The notes: generated by a model from the letters alone, not told the origin. A stretch of DNA of 64,000 bases from Candidatus Corynebacterium avicola (GCA_019114135.1 DXGC01000073.1:54905-118904), one strand, 5' to 3'. Shown: positions 1-11,603, counted from the first letter of the stretch. Numbers and translations: made by a program.

Positions 1-2
1 AT

Positions 3-233
3 GACGAGCCAGGGCAGGGGAAGTCTGGCTCCCAGGGGCCGCGCGGCGGCAACTCCGGCCGCGGCGGCGGCAACGGCGGTCGAGGTGGCCGAGGCGGACG
101 CAACGGCAACGGAGGCCGCGGACGCAACGGCGATCGCGGTGGCAACCGCAACGGTGGCGGTGACCGCGACGGCGGGGCCGCACCGTCCGGCTCCATGGCG
201 GACGCTCTCAAGCGAGCCGGGTTTGGACGCTGA
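3..233 (+). CDS. tex: C-terminal fragment of Tex-family RNA-binding transcriptional accessory protein (gene begins upstream of window)
   Basis: Frame 3 reads DEPGQGKSGSQGPRGGNSGRGGG...GSMADALKRAGFGR* (TGA 231-233). The Gly/Arg-rich tail ending SMADALKRAGF and the position before rplS are typical of actinobacterial Tex. Not in the ORF track. Confidence 0.7.
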   Translation, partial: DEPGQGKSGSQGPRGGNSGRGGGNGGRGGRGGRNGNGGRGRNGDRGGNRNGGGDRDGGAAPSGSMADALKRAGFGR

Positions 234-396
234 GGTCGACCGCTGGCATAATGGCCGGGTTGCGGATCTGTCGTTCAGTCATGTCCGCGAATACAGCAAC
301 AATTGAATGGTGTGGGCACGAACGCACGGGACCGTCATTGACGAGGGTGACCGGTGTGGTCCTCTGTCCGATCGAACATGAAGCAAGGAATACACA

Positions 397-738
397 ATGC
401 ACTATCTCGACAAGGTCGATGCCGCACAGCTGCGCGACAACATCCCCGACTTCCGCGCCGGTGACACCGTTGACGTCCACGTCAAGGTCATCGAGGGCAC
501 CAAGAGCCGTATCCAGGTGTTCCGTGGCGTCGTCATCCGTCGTCAGAACTCCGGCATCCGCGAGACCTTCACTGTCCGCAAGATCTCCTTCGGCGTCGGT
601 GTGGAGCGTACCTTCCCGGTGCACTCCCCGAACATCGACCACATCGATGTCCTGACCAAGGGCAAGGTGCGTCGTGCCAAGCTGTACTACCTCCGTGACC
701 TGCGCGGCAAGGCCGCCAAGATCAAGGAGAAGCGCTGA
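397..738 (+). CDS. rplS: 50S ribosomal protein L19
   Basis: [44 protein letters not shown]; AAGGA SD upstream. Confidence 0.99.
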   Translation: MHYLDKVDAAQLRDNIPDFRAGDTVDVHVKVIEGTKSRIQVFRGVVIRRQNSGIRETFTVRKISFGVGVERTFPVHSPNIDHIDVLTKGKVRRAKLYYLRDLRGKAAKIKEKR

Positions 739-755
739 AACCAGCGCTCTGAAAC

Positions 756-804
756 GCCCCCTGAGCTGCACAGTCACTGTGCAGATCGGGGGCTTTTCGC
801 TTTT
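756..804 (+). terminator. Intrinsic terminator after rplS
   Basis: GC-rich hairpin (gccccc...ctgcacag/ctgtgcag...gggggc) followed by ttttcgctttt. Confidence 0.7.
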
Positions 805-1020
805 CTCTGGCGCCTGGACCGCAGTAGGCGCGGTGACAGCACTCCGGGCAACCACCAACGATCGAGAATCCGGTGAACCGTCCCGCTCACGGGATTCTCG
901 ATCGTGGGTGGATGTTGGCGGCAGCGTGGGGTAAGGGCCGTCATGCCACCGTCCACAACTGAACCGATTCTCTTTGTGGAAGCCGCCGTTTCGGGTAGAG
1001 CTGCAGGGTAGCTTTACCGC

Positions 1021-2043
1021 ATGACAATCCTTTCGCGGAGGGAATCTCCGCATGCCTGTGCTGGGGCCGGGTCGACACCGAACGGGGTACGGTCCCGGAT
1101 GACGGGGTTCGCCTCCGCAGTGGTTACCGCCCTGGCTGTCGCCGTGACGACGCTGGCGCCGGCGACCATGCCGGCAGCCGCGGCGGACACCCCGGCGTCA
1201 TGCGAGTCCTACAAGAAATCGGCGATGACCTGCAAGGTCTGGTCGGAATCGATGGACCGACACATCCCCGTCGTGGTCAAGCCGGCGAAGACCCCCGGCA
1301 ACGACAAGGTCATCCAGTTCCTCGACGGTATCGACGGTGGGGACGGGTGGAGCTCCCGGGCGATCAACTACGTCGACGGCGACGACGCCACCGTCGTGTT
1401 CCCCGCCGCCGAACCGCGCTCCTTCTTCGTCGACTGGGACGCCCCGGCGCCCGGCGGCAAGGAGATGAAGTACGAGACCTTCATGACCCGCGAGCTGCCA
1501 GCCTACCTGGAGAAGGAGTTCGGCGTCCCGAACGGCGGACGTGAACGCACCGGCATCGTGGGCCTCAGCATGGGCGCCTACTCCGCGATGAACCTGGCGT
1601 CCCGGAACCCGGACATGTACCGCTCAGTCCTCGCGCTCAGCGGTTTCTACAACAACCAGTCGCTTGTCGGTCGTATCTCCATCGACGGCACCGCCATGAC
1701 CCACGGCGACGACAACAACGGCATGCCCTGGCAGAGCGAGACCTCCCGCGCCGCGAACAACCCCTGGGCCAATGTCGACAAGCTGGACATGCCGGTGCAC
1801 ATGGCGGTGTCGACCGGCATCCCCGACCCGTGCACCAATTACCCGCTACGGACGAGCTTCGACGGGGCGTTGATCGAGACCGGCAGTCTCGGCGCGACGA
1901 TCGCCTGGGACCTGTGGACGAAGCTGCACCTCAAGAACAACGTCTACGTCACCTACGTCCCGGTGGGCATCCACGCCTACGACACCTGGGTCAACGCGGC
2001 CTTCCGTGACCAGAAGCTCTACTGGAAATTCAACCGCTTCTGA
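1021..2043 (+). CDS. Secreted antigen-85/mycoloyltransferase-like esterase (alpha/beta hydrolase)
   Basis: Signal peptide (...AAADT), FLDG motif, GLSMG nucleophile, C-terminal GIHAY; start could also be ATG 1099. Confidence 0.75.
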   Translation: MTILSRRESPHACAGAGSTPNGVRSRMTGFASAVVTALAVAVTTLAPATMPAAAADTPASCESYKKSAMTCKVWSESMDRHIPVVVKPAKTPGNDKVIQFLDGIDGGDGWSSRAINYVDGDDATVVFPAAEPRSFFVDWDAPAPGGKEMKYETFMTRELPAYLEKEFGVPNGGRERTGIVGLSMGAYSAMNLASRNPDMYRSVLALSGFYNNQSLVGRISIDGTAMTHGDDNNGMPWQSETSRAANNPWANVDKLDMPVHMAVSTGIPDPCTNYPLRTSFDGALIETGSLGATIAWDLWTKLHLKNNVYVTYVPVGIHAYDTWVNAAFRDQKLYWKFNRF

Positions 2044-2127
2044 TGTGCTGTTGGTTCCCTCACAGGACGCTGAGGGTGCCTGTCGGGGTTCGGGAAGCCC
2101 CTGGCGGTACTGGTAACCTCTGACCAC

Positions 2128-2946
2128 GTGAGTGAACCGAACATCCCCGCCGACGACCGGGCTGACGCCCCCGCGGACCGCCCTCTCACCGAGAAGGAGA
2201 AGGTGGCCGCGCGTCGTGAGGCTGCCGAAAAGAAGCAGGCGGCCCGTCGGACGTACCCGTGGTGGGTCGAGTTCCCGATCATCCTGGTCATCGCGCTGCT
2301 TCTGCTGGCGCTGTTCAACTCCTTCGTGGGGCGGCCCTACCTGATCCCCTCGGAGTCGATGGAGCCCACGCTGCATGGTTGTGAGGACTGCGAGGGCGAC
2401 CGGATCTTCGTCAACAAGTTGTCCTACAGCTTCGGCGGGGAGCCGGAGCCGGGCGACGTGGTGGTGTTCAACGGACCGGAGTCCTGGAACGACCAGTACG
2501 TCTCCCAACGCTCCGACAACGCGGCGCTGCGCGGCCTGCAGACGGGACTGTCCTACATCGGCATCCTCGCTCCGGACGAGAACGCCCTGGTGAAGCGCGT
2601 CATCGCCACCGGCGGGCAGACAGTGCAGTGCCAGGCCGGTGACCCCGGCATCATGGTCGACGGCGAGAAGGTCGATGATTCCTACACGCAGCAGCCGTTG
2701 ACCTACAAGGTCGACCCGATGACCGGGTCGGACGCCTGCCAGGGCTCCTACTTCGGTCCGGTGACCGTCCCGGAGGACCACCTCTGGGTGATGGGCGACA
2801 ACCGCACAAACTCCGGTGACTCCCGGTTCCACCTCGGCGATGAACTCCAGGGCACGGTCCCGGTCGAGAATGTCGTCGGCAAGGTCACCGCGAAGATCTG
2901 GCCGCTGAGCCGGATCGGCGGGGTGGACTCCCCGAACATCCAGTAG
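2128..2946 (+). CDS. lepB: Signal peptidase I
   Basis: IPSESMEPTL (catalytic Ser), LVKRVIA (Lys), MGDNRTNSGDSR. Confidence 0.97.
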   Translation: MSEPNIPADDRADAPADRPLTEKEKVAARREAAEKKQAARRTYPWWVEFPIILVIALLLLALFNSFVGRPYLIPSESMEPTLHGCEDCEGDRIFVNKLSYSFGGEPEPGDVVVFNGPESWNDQYVSQRSDNAALRGLQTGLSYIGILAPDENALVKRVIATGGQTVQCQAGDPGIMVDGEKVDDSYTQQPLTYKVDPMTGSDACQGSYFGPVTVPEDHLWVMGDNRTNSGDSRFHLGDELQGTVPVENVVGKVTAKIWPLSRIGGVDSPNIQ

Positions 2947-2958
2947 CAGGTAGCTTCG

Positions 2959-3678
2959 GTGGCTGGAGAAACTCTGGAAGCACTGGAGACCGTGGGCGCG
3001 CCGGACGATGCGTCCGACAGGCGTCCGGTGCGCACCATGCCGCACGGCCGGACCCTGGAGTGGGCCGTCCACCGCGCCGGCCTCGGGCCCGTCGCCGGGG
3101 TAGACGAGGCAGGACGCGGCGCCTGCTGCGGGCCGGTGACCATCGCCGCCTGCATCCTCCCGCCGGGCCCGCTGCCCGAGCTGGAGGGCCTGACGGACTC
3201 CAAGAAGCTCAGTGCGTCCCGTCGGGACTTCTTCTACGACCGGGTGCTGTCGGTGGCGGTGGACTGGGCCGTGGTGAACGTCCCGGCGTCCTACGTCGAC
3301 CGGTGGGGGATCCAGCACGCGAATCTGGGGGGAATGCGCCGGGCGGTCGCGCGTCTCGACGTGCGTCCCGGCTACGTGCTCACCGACGCGATGAAGGTCG
3401 ACGGGCTGACGAGGCCGCACCTGCCGGTGCTCAAGGGCGACCTGGTCAGCCGGTGTATCTCGGCGGCGAGTGTCCTGGCGAAGGTGACCCGCGACCGCAT
3501 GATGGTGGAGTTGGACGAGCAGTACCCCGGCTACGGCCTGGCCGGGCACAAGGGCTACGGCACCGCGTCTCACATGGAGTCGGTGAGTCTGCAGGGTGGT
3601 ACGCCCGAGCACCGTTACACTTACTCCAACGTGGCCGCCGCTCATGCGCGGTGGTGCGAACAGCAGAAGAAGAAGTGA
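2959..3678 (+). CDS. rnhB: Ribonuclease HII
   Basis: GVDEAGRG, LTDSKKLS, ISAASVLAKVTRDR, HKGYGT. Confidence 0.97.
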   Translation: MAGETLEALETVGAPDDASDRRPVRTMPHGRTLEWAVHRAGLGPVAGVDEAGRGACCGPVTIAACILPPGPLPELEGLTDSKKLSASRRDFFYDRVLSVAVDWAVVNVPASYVDRWGIQHANLGGMRRAVARLDVRPGYVLTDAMKVDGLTRPHLPVLKGDLVSRCISAASVLAKVTRDRMMVELDEQYPGYGLAGHKGYGTASHMESVSLQGGTPEHRYTYSNVAAAHARWCEQQKKK

Positions 3679-3716
3679 CAGTGCCAGAGTCGATGTCGAG
3701 GAGATGACCTGCAACC

Positions 3717-4022
3717 GTGAGCGCGGAGGAGCTTGAGGACTTCGAGGCGAACGTGGAACTTTCCATGTACCGCGAGTACCGGGACGTGGTCAGCCAGTTC
3801 AGCTATGTGGTGGAGACCGAACGACGCTTCTACCTGGCCAATGCCGTGGAGCTGATCCCGAAGAACTCCAATGGCGAGGTCTACTACGAGGTGCGGATGT
3901 CGGATGCGTGGGTGTGGGACATGTACCGTCCCGCCCGGTTCGTCCGCTATGTCCGGGTGATCACCTACAAGGACGTCAACATCGAGGAGCTCGACAAGCC
4001 TGACCTGCGGATTCCGGACTAG
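3717..4022 (+). CDS. DUF2469 family conserved actinobacterial protein
   Basis: MSAEELEDFEANVELSMYREYRDVV...WVWDMYRPARFV; conserved position after rnhB. Confidence 0.92.
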   Translation: MSAEELEDFEANVELSMYREYRDVVSQFSYVVETERRFYLANAVELIPKNSNGEVYYEVRMSDAWVWDMYRPARFVRYVRVITYKDVNIEELDKPDLRIPD

Positions 4023-4121
4023 TTTCCGGTTATCCACACAGGTCGGGTTGTCCACACCGTCCTGGGGGAATGCAGTGCGCGCCGACGCTGTCGGTGATGC
4101 GCTGTGCCAGTGTTCTGGGGT

Positions 4122-4535
4122 ATGGCACAGAACAATGCACAGGGGCGGGGATGCTCCGGCACACGCCGGAATCTGAGGGACGTCGGGGCCCGTGGGGAGG
4201 ACGAGGCCGCGGCCTTCTTCGAGGACCTCGGCTACCGGCTGCTGGCCCGGAACTTCTACACCGCCCGCGGGGAGGTGGACATCGTCCTGCGGGCACCGGA
4301 GGAGGGCCCGGAGGCAGACCCTGAGACCGTGGTCTTCGTCGAGGTCAAGTGGCGCCTCGACGACCGCCACGGCACCGGGGCGGAGGCGGTGACCGTGGCG
4401 AAGCTCAACGCGATGCGATATGCCGCGATGTGGTGGCTGGAGAAGAACCCCGAGCACCGCGCCGAGCATGTCCGCTTCGACGTCCTGGACATCACCTCCG
4501 AGGAGATCACCCACTACGAGGGGGTGGAGTGGTGA
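4122..4535 (+). CDS. yraN: YraN family (UPF0102) nuclease-like protein
   Basis: GARGEDEA, RNFYTARGEVDIV, VFVEVKWR, VRFDV. Confidence 0.9.
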   Translation: MAQNNAQGRGCSGTRRNLRDVGARGEDEAAAFFEDLGYRLLARNFYTARGEVDIVLRAPEEGPEADPETVVFVEVKWRLDDRHGTGAEAVTVAKLNAMRYAAMWWLEKNPEHRAEHVRFDVLDITSEEITHYEGVEW

Positions 4536-6205
4536 CGACCGTGGGGAGGCGGTCACCGGTGCGGGTGGGGCAGGCCACCGGTGTGGCACTGTCCGGGATC
4601 AGCGGGATCCCGGTGCTGGTGGAGTGCGACATCAGCCGGGGGTTGCCGGGGATGAGCATCGTGGGGTTGGGGGACACCGCCGTGGTCCAGGCCCGGGACC
4701 GGGTGCGCTCGGCGATGATCAACAGCGGTCTGGAGTGGCCGAAGTCCCGGGTGGTGATGAGTTTGTCGCCGGCCTCGGTACCGAAGAGCGGCTCGGGCTT
4801 CGACCTGCCGATGGTGCTGGCGATCCTGGTGGCCCAGGGGAGGGTACCGGCCGGCGAGGTGTCGGAGCTGGTGGTCATCGGGGAGCTGGGGCTGGACGGC
4901 ACGGTCCGGCCCGTCGACGGAGTGTTGCCGATGGTGCTGGCCGCACGTGAGCGTGGTTGCCGTCGGGCGGCCGTGCCGGTGGCGATGGTCGCCGAAGCGC
5001 AGCGCGTCGCCGGGGTGGAGGTGGTGGGCCTGGCCCACCTGCGCGAGCTGCTGCCCTGGGTCCGCGAGGGCTGGGTGCCGCAGCAGCTGGGAGAGGACGA
5101 GGCTGAGCAGAAGCCGGGGCAGGTATCGACCCAACTGGCGGCCTTTGGCGGTGCTCCGGACGTCTCAGCGTCCGGCGCTCATCCATCCGTCGGGGACCTC
5201 GCCGACGTGCTGGGGCAGCAGGAGGCCCGTAGGGGGCTGGAGGTCGCCGCCGCTGGTGGACACCACCTGTGGCTCACAGGACCGCCAGGGTCCGGGAAAA
5301 GCATGTTGGCTGAGAGATTGCCAGGCATCATGCCCGCCCTCGACGAGGACGAGCAGTTGGAGACCGCGGCGGTCCATTCCGTCGCCGGGCAGCGTGGACA
5401 CCTGGACGAGGTGTGGCAGGGGCTGCGTCCGTTCGTCGCTCCGCACCACTCGGTCAGTCCCGCGGCCTTGACCGGAGGGGGTTCGGGCAGGGTACGTCCC
5501 GGGGCGGTGAGTCTGGCGCACAACGGGGTGCTGTTCATCGACGAGGCTCCGGAGGTCGCGACGGGCACACTCGAGCTGCTGCGCACCCCGATGGAGACCG
5601 GTCGTATCGAGGTGATGCGCCACCGCGGGACGGTGGTGTTCCCGGCCCGCTTCCAGCTGGTGCTCGCCTCGAACCCGTGCCCGTGTGGGGCGGGGGACGT
5701 GCGTGACTGCCGGTGTCGCGGTGGGGTGCGCGACCGCTACCTGCATCGGCTGTCGGGGCCGTTGCTGGACCGGGTGGACGTGTGCGTCCGGACGACCGGC
5801 AACCAACTTGCCGATCTCGTCGGAACCGGTGGGGGCGGTGGGATCGGGGTCGGCGGTGAGTCCACCGCGACCTTGGCGGAGCGGGTGAGTGCTGCCCGTG
5901 AGCGGGCACGGCACCGCTGGTGCAGAGCGGACGCACTGGCCGACTCGGGGGCGAGGATCGGCGTCAACGCGACGGTTCCTGGCACCGTCCTGCGGCGTGA
6001 CTTTCCCGCGGAGGACGCCGCGATGGCGGTCCTGCAGGAGAAGTTGCGGGCTGGTGCGGTGTCACAGCGGGGCGTGGACAGGACGCTACGGGTGGCGTGG
6101 ACGTTGTCGGACCTGGGCCAGGTGGCCCGGCCCGGGGTGGCGGAGGTGATGGACTCCCTGGAGTTCTTCACCGGGGCCGTGGAGACGGGGAGGGAAGTCT
6201 CATGA
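4532..6205 (+). CDS. comM: YifB/ComM Mg-chelatase-like AAA+ ATPase
   Basis: PKSGSGFDL, Walker A GPPGSGKS, LAHNGVLFIDE, LSGPLLDRVD; GTG start overlaps yraN stop. Confidence 0.93.
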   Translation: MTTVGRRSPVRVGQATGVALSGISGIPVLVECDISRGLPGMSIVGLGDTAVVQARDRVRSAMINSGLEWPKSRVVMSLSPASVPKSGSGFDLPMVLAILVAQGRVPAGEVSELVVIGELGLDGTVRPVDGVLPMVLAARERGCRRAAVPVAMVAEAQRVAGVEVVGLAHLRELLPWVREGWVPQQLGEDEAEQKPGQVSTQLAAFGGAPDVSASGAHPSVGDLADVLGQQEARRGLEVAAAGGHHLWLTGPPGSGKSMLAERLPGIMPALDEDEQLETAAVHSVAGQRGHLDEVWQGLRPFVAPHHSVSPAALTGGGSGRVRPGAVSLAHNGVLFIDEAPEVATGTLELLRTPMETGRIEVMRHRGTVVFPARFQLVLASNPCPCGAGDVRDCRCRGGVRDRYLHRLSGPLLDRVDVCVRTTGNQLADLVGTGGGGGIGVGGESTATLAERVSAARERARHRWCRADALADSGARIGVNATVPGTVLRRDFPAEDAAMAVLQEKLRAGAVSQRGVDRTLRVAWTLSDLGQVARPGVAEVMDSLEFFTGAVETGREVS

Positions 6206-7449
6206 GTGGGGGAGCAAAGGTGGACATGAGTGGCAACAGTGACCGTAACCGGATCAGGGCCTGGATCTACCTGCGCCGGGTGGTCGAGGCGTCCTCGGTG
6301 GGCATCCTGGAATGCCTGTGGCCGGACGGGGACACCTCCGAACCGGCGGACGTGGAGCGGCTGGCCGGAATGATCAACCGCTCTGACCCGGCCCTGCCGC
6401 AGGCGGTGCTGCAGTCGACGACGGGTCGCAGTCAGGTGGACCCGGTCGCAGACGACGACTGGGCCAGACGCCACGGGTGGCGGTTGATCACCCCTGATGA
6501 CGCGGAGTGGCCGCACGGGATCCTGGAGGAGGCCTTCATGACCATCGACGGAGATGTCGCCGTCGACGGGGTGCGGGGCCAGGCCGCACAGCCATTCGCG
6601 CTCTGGGCCAAGGGGGAGGGCAACCTGGACGCCCTGGTGCAACGCAGCGTGGCGATGGTCGGCACCCGGTCGGCGACGTCCTACGGACGCGAGGTCACCC
6701 ACGAGATGGCCGGCGAGCTCGCCACCTCCGGGTTCACCGTGGTCTCCGGTGGTGCGTTGGGGATCGACACCGCCGCCCACCGTGGGACGTTGGATGTCGG
6801 CGGGGCGACGGTGGTGGTGATGGCGAACGGGCCCGGGGTGGTCTACCCGACGGCGAATGCGAAACTCTTCGCCGCCGTGGCGACCTCGGGACTGGTGGTC
6901 TCCGAGTACCCGCCGCTGCAGCGTCCGGCCAGGCACCGGTTCCTGACGCGCAACAGGCTCGTCGCGGCGATGACCCAGGGCACGGTACTGCTGGCCGCTG
7001 GCTACCGCTCCGGGGCGGTGAACACCGCCAACTGGGCCGACCAGATGGTCAAACCGGTGATGGTGCTGCCCGGTCCGGTCACGTTGGCGGAGTACATCGG
7101 CTGCCACAAACGGATCCGTGACGGTGCGGGGATCCTGGTCACCCGGGCCTTGGATGTCCGGGAGGTCATCGAACCGCTGGGCGTGGTCGACACCGACCGT
7201 CAGCTCAGCCTGGACTGTGCGCCCAGCCCGGTGCAGTTGCTCACCCAGCAGCAGCTGAAGGTCTACGACTGCTGTGGCCTGCCCGACGACGGTGCGGGGG
7301 ACCCGCCCGGTGACGGGCAGGGAGCGCCGGAGCGTATCGCCACGGAGACGGCCATGCCTGTCACAGAAGTGGTACGGATCATCGGTGAGCTCGAGCGGGT
7401 CGGCCTCGCCGTCCGGGACGGCGCGCGGTGGGTGAAGGTCCGGACGTGA
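6202..7449 (+). CDS. dprA: DNA-processing protein DprA
   Basis: VAMVGTRSATSYG, VVSGGALGIDTAAH, FLTRNRLVAAM, SGAVNTA. Confidence 0.95.
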   Translation: MSGGAKVDMSGNSDRNRIRAWIYLRRVVEASSVGILECLWPDGDTSEPADVERLAGMINRSDPALPQAVLQSTTGRSQVDPVADDDWARRHGWRLITPDDAEWPHGILEEAFMTIDGDVAVDGVRGQAAQPFALWAKGEGNLDALVQRSVAMVGTRSATSYGREVTHEMAGELATSGFTVVSGGALGIDTAAHRGTLDVGGATVVVMANGPGVVYPTANAKLFAAVATSGLVVSEYPPLQRPARHRFLTRNRLVAAMTQGTVLLAAGYRSGAVNTANWADQMVKPVMVLPGPVTLAEYIGCHKRIRDGAGILVTRALDVREVIEPLGVVDTDRQLSLDCAPSPVQLLTQQQLKVYDCCGLPDDGAGDPPGDGQGAPERIATETAMPVTEVVRIIGELERVGLAVRDGARWVKVRT

Positions 7450-7489
7450 ACGCAGTGAAGTCAGGGGACACGGGACTAGGATCGGGACC

Positions 7490-8473
7490 ATGGAACCTGA
7501 CCCCGCACCGTCCACCGAGGTCGACTCGGCGATCGACGGCTACCTCTCCTACCTGGAGTTGGTGAAGGGCCGCTCGCAGAACACGGTGCGCGCCTACGGC
7601 CGTGACCTGCGCTCGGCGTGCGAGGGCTTGACCTCGGTCAACGAGTTCACCCTGGAGCGTGGACGGGACGTCCTCGACTGGGCGATCGAGGCAGGGGCGT
7701 CCCGGGCCTCGGTCGCCCGGCTGGTGTCGAGCATGCGGGGATTCGGCGGATGGCTCAGCCACACCGGGCAGCTGCCGGTGAACCCGGTCTCCGGCCTGCA
7801 GGCGCCGAAGCCCTCGAAGAACCTGCCGCGGGTACTGCACAGCGAGCAGGCCGAGGCGGTGCTGGAGCTTGCCCGCAGTCGGGCAGCGGACGCGCGTGGG
7901 GAAGGTGCCGAGGCCGACGCAGACCCCGCGACCGAGGCTCTCGCGGTACGGGACTGGGCGATGCTCGAGCTGCTCTACGCCACCGGCATCCGCGTCTCCG
8001 AGCTTTGTGGAGCAGATCTGCAGGACCTGGGGGAGAGGGAGCTCCGGGTGACGGGTAAGGGTGACAAGACCCGGGTCGTCCCCTTCGGCCCCACCGCGCA
8101 GCGTGCCCTGGACGCCTGGATCGATGTCCGGCACCATCTCCGGGCGCCGGCAGGCGCCGGTAAGTCCTCGCCGGGAGAGTCCGGACGCACCGCGCTCTTC
8201 GTGGGACGTCGGGGAGGACGCATCGACCAGCGCCGGGTGCGCGAACTCGTCCACGCCGCCTCCCGGGACGCCGGGGTGCCCGGCATCTCACCGCACGGGC
8301 TACGTCACTCCGCGGCTACGGCGGTCCTGGAGGGCGGGGCGGACCTGCGCGTGGTGCAGGAATTGCTCGGTCACTCCTCGATGCAGACCACGCAGATCTA
8401 CACCCATGTCGGAGCCGACCGGCTCCGGGCGGTCTACAAAATGGCCCACCCCAGGTCCGGTTCTCAGGATTAG
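7490..8473 (+). CDS. xerC: Tyrosine recombinase XerC
   Basis: Catalytic set LYATGIRVSE, GKGDKTR, SPHGLRHS, LLGHSS, TTQIYTHV; conserved dprA-xerC synteny; TAGGAT (7477-82) 7 nt before ATG. Confidence 0.93.
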   Translation: MEPDPAPSTEVDSAIDGYLSYLELVKGRSQNTVRAYGRDLRSACEGLTSVNEFTLERGRDVLDWAIEAGASRASVARLVSSMRGFGGWLSHTGQLPVNPVSGLQAPKPSKNLPRVLHSEQAEAVLELARSRAADARGEGAEADADPATEALAVRDWAMLELLYATGIRVSELCGADLQDLGERELRVTGKGDKTRVVPFGPTAQRALDAWIDVRHHLRAPAGAGKSSPGESGRTALFVGRRGGRIDQRRVRELVHAASRDAGVPGISPHGLRHSAATAVLEGGADLRVVQELLGHSSMQTTQIYTHVGADRLRAVYKMAHPRSGSQD

Positions 8474-8510
8474 ACCTCGCAGGACTGCACGCGGTAGACC
8501 AGGCATATTC

Positions 8511-9086
8511 TCAGTCCCACAGCCGCACCCGCACACTGCCGAGCAGACTCATCGGGTCGATGTAGCCCTCATCCAGCCGCGCACCCCAGGACAGGCCCGG
8601 ATCGCGCCGGGCAGTCTCCGGTAGCGTTGCAGCGTCGGCGAGTCTGCCGATCACCTGGCCGCGGGAGACCGTCTCGCCCTGGGAGACCCCGGACAGGACA
8701 GGCTCATAGGTGGTGACCAGACCGTCCCCGTGGTCGATCGAGACCAGCGGGGTACCGGCCACCACGCCGGCGAAGCGGACGGTCCCGGCGCCACTGGCCC
8801 TGATCATCGCGCCGGGGCGTGCCTCCAGGTCCACACCACGGTGCCCGGGCAACCAGTTCTGCTCCGGGATGTCGGCGGCCTGCAGTACCGCACCGTCGAC
8901 CGGGCGCAGGTGGGTGCGCGACACGTCCGCCTGGGACACAGCCACCGGAACATCGAGGGGAGAGGCTACCGAGAGAGAAGTCGTGGTCGGCTCACCGAAA
9001 CAGAGACAGAGCGTCGCCACCGCGGCCGCCGCGACTACAGCACGTCCTACCTGCAATGTCCGTCCCGCCCGCTTCGCCCGTCCCAT
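8511..9086 (-). CDS. M23 family metallopeptidase
   Basis: GHRGVDL, VSIDHGDGLVTTYEP, YIDPMSLL; N-terminal hydrophobic signal; exact start uncertain. Confidence 0.85.
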   Translation of the reverse strand: MGRAKRAGRTLQVGRAVVAAAAVATLCLCFGEPTTTSLSVASPLDVPVAVSQADVSRTHLRPVDGAVLQAADIPEQNWLPGHRGVDLEARPGAMIRASGAGTVRFAGVVAGTPLVSIDHGDGLVTTYEPVLSGVSQGETVSRGQVIGRLADAATLPETARRDPGLSWGARLDEGYIDPMSLLGSVRVRLWD

Positions 9087-9675
9087 GTGCTCATTCTCGG
9101 GAAGATGGAGGGGGCATCACCAGGGGCTTCGCCATAATGTGGATGACACACCGACAACGCCCGGGAACGGCCGGAAAACCGGCATGGAAGTTGTCCACAC
9201 CCCGGCGTCGCTCCAGTTGTACATCGTCGCTGCACACGGTAGGGTTCGGTACTGCAGTATGTCTGCCCGTCAGGTGCCGACACTCACGTCGGGGTCACCG
9301 TCATCGGAGCCAGTTCTCCGGAGACTTTCCCGGCACACCAATGAAAGCGCAGGTACACGCCTCCTGTGTGGCAGTCGGTGAGAGTATCGACAACACGTGA
9401 CAGGTGGTCAGCACTGACATCGCGTAGGCAAAGCGTGATCCGCACTGTGGCCCGTCCGTCAACGGTCCCCGAGCTCGACGAGAGACACGGGGTTACTGGT
9501 CGGGGACAACCCGAGGATGCCTGCCAGGACGACCGATGAATCGAGAACCTCTCGGCAAGTCGGCCGTAACCAGAACCGTCAACCTGAACTTTTGAAAGCG
9601 AGGAAGGGGAGAGGCGCACCGGATTCTGCAGATCAGAATCGACAAGGTGAATGTCGCGAACTCCCCTGAAACATC

Positions 9676-10521
<846 letters not shown>

Positions 10522-10640
10522 TATCCGGTACTGCCGGGGAGGGCTTTCCCGACCCCACAGGCTGTACTTCCCGGTGCCGGGTCCACCGATCAGGGCCCGG
10601 CACTCACTCACTTCCACAAACTGAAGGAGGATCGCCTCAC

Positions 10641-11459
10641 ATGGCGAACTACACCGCCGCTGACGTCAAGAAGCTGCGCGAGCTCACCGGCTCCGGCATG
10701 CTCGACTGCAAGAAGGCTCTCGAGGAAGCCGAGGGCAACTTCGAGAAGGCCGTCGAGATCCTGCGCATCAAGGGTGCCAAGGACGTGGGCAAGCGCGCCG
10801 AGCGCACCGCTGCCGAGGGCCTGATCGCCGTCTCCGGCAACACCATGGTCGAGATCAACTCCGAGACCGACTTCGTCGCCAAGAACTCCGAGTTCATCGA
10901 GTTCGCCAACCGCGTCGCCGCCGCTGCTGCCGCCGTCAAGGCCAACAGCCAGGAAGAGCTCGCCAACGCCGACCTCGACGGCCAGACCGCCGACGCCGCC
11001 CTGCAGGAGCTCTCCGCCAAGATCGGTGAGAAGCTGCAGCTGCGCCGTGCGATCACCGTCGAGGGCGACAAGGTCGCCGTCTACATGCACCACCGTTCCG
11101 CCGACCTGCCCCCGGCGGTCGGTGTGCTGGTGTCCTACACCGGTGAGGACGAGGCTGCCGCCAAGGCCGCAGCCATGCAGGTCGCCGCTCTGAAGGCCAC
11201 TTACCTCTCCTCCGAGGACGTCCCCGCCGATACCGTCGCCAAGGAGCGCGAGATCACCGAGGCCACCGCCCGCGAGGAGGGCAAGCCGGAGAAGGCCCTG
11301 CCGAACATCATCGAGGGTCGCCTCAAGGGCTTCTACAAGGACGCCTGCCTCCTGGACCAGCCGTCCGTCACCGAGTCCAAGAAGACCGTCAAGCAGGTCA
11401 TGGACGAGGCCGGGGTCTCCCTGACCGGCTTCGCCCGCTTCGAGGTCGGACAGGCCTAA
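10641..11459 (+). CDS. tsf: Elongation factor Ts
   Basis: [31 protein letters not shown]; AAGGAGG SD. Confidence 0.99.
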   Translation: MANYTAADVKKLRELTGSGMLDCKKALEEAEGNFEKAVEILRIKGAKDVGKRAERTAAEGLIAVSGNTMVEINSETDFVAKNSEFIEFANRVAAAAAAVKANSQEELANADLDGQTADAALQELSAKIGEKLQLRRAITVEGDKVAVYMHHRSADLPPAVGVLVSYTGEDEAAAKAAAMQVAALKATYLSSEDVPADTVAKEREITEATAREEGKPEKALPNIIEGRLKGFYKDACLLDQPSVTESKKTVKQVMDEAGVSLTGFARFEVGQA

Positions 11460-11471
11460 CAGTCCCAGCTG

Positions 11472-11510
11472 ACCCGTCGGCGGCATGCACCTGCATGCCG
11501 ACGGCGGGTT
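11472..11510 (+). terminator. Hairpin terminator after tsf
   Basis: ggcatgca/tgcatgcc core stem with extended cccgtcgg/gacggcggg arms. Confidence 0.55.
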
Positions 11511-11603
11511 CACTGCTGTCTGGCCCGTTCTTCTGGCAGGATGGAACGGGTCAAAGTTCCGCATCCCCCTGCCCTCATATCGATCCCACAAGGAGAAACA
11601 ACG

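Noticed and set aside
7490-8473. Tyrosine recombinase as a mobile-element integrase
   Set aside because: Sits in the conserved yraN-comM-dprA-xerC-M23-rpsB context of chromosomal XerC.
9128-9155. dif-like site near xerC (ccataatgt)
   Set aside because: Only one partial arm matches; the conserved XerD arm TTATGT is absent.
9480-9675. rpsB 5' leader RNA (S2 autoregulation)
   Set aside because: Plausible from position, but I could not identify a supporting conserved structure by eye.
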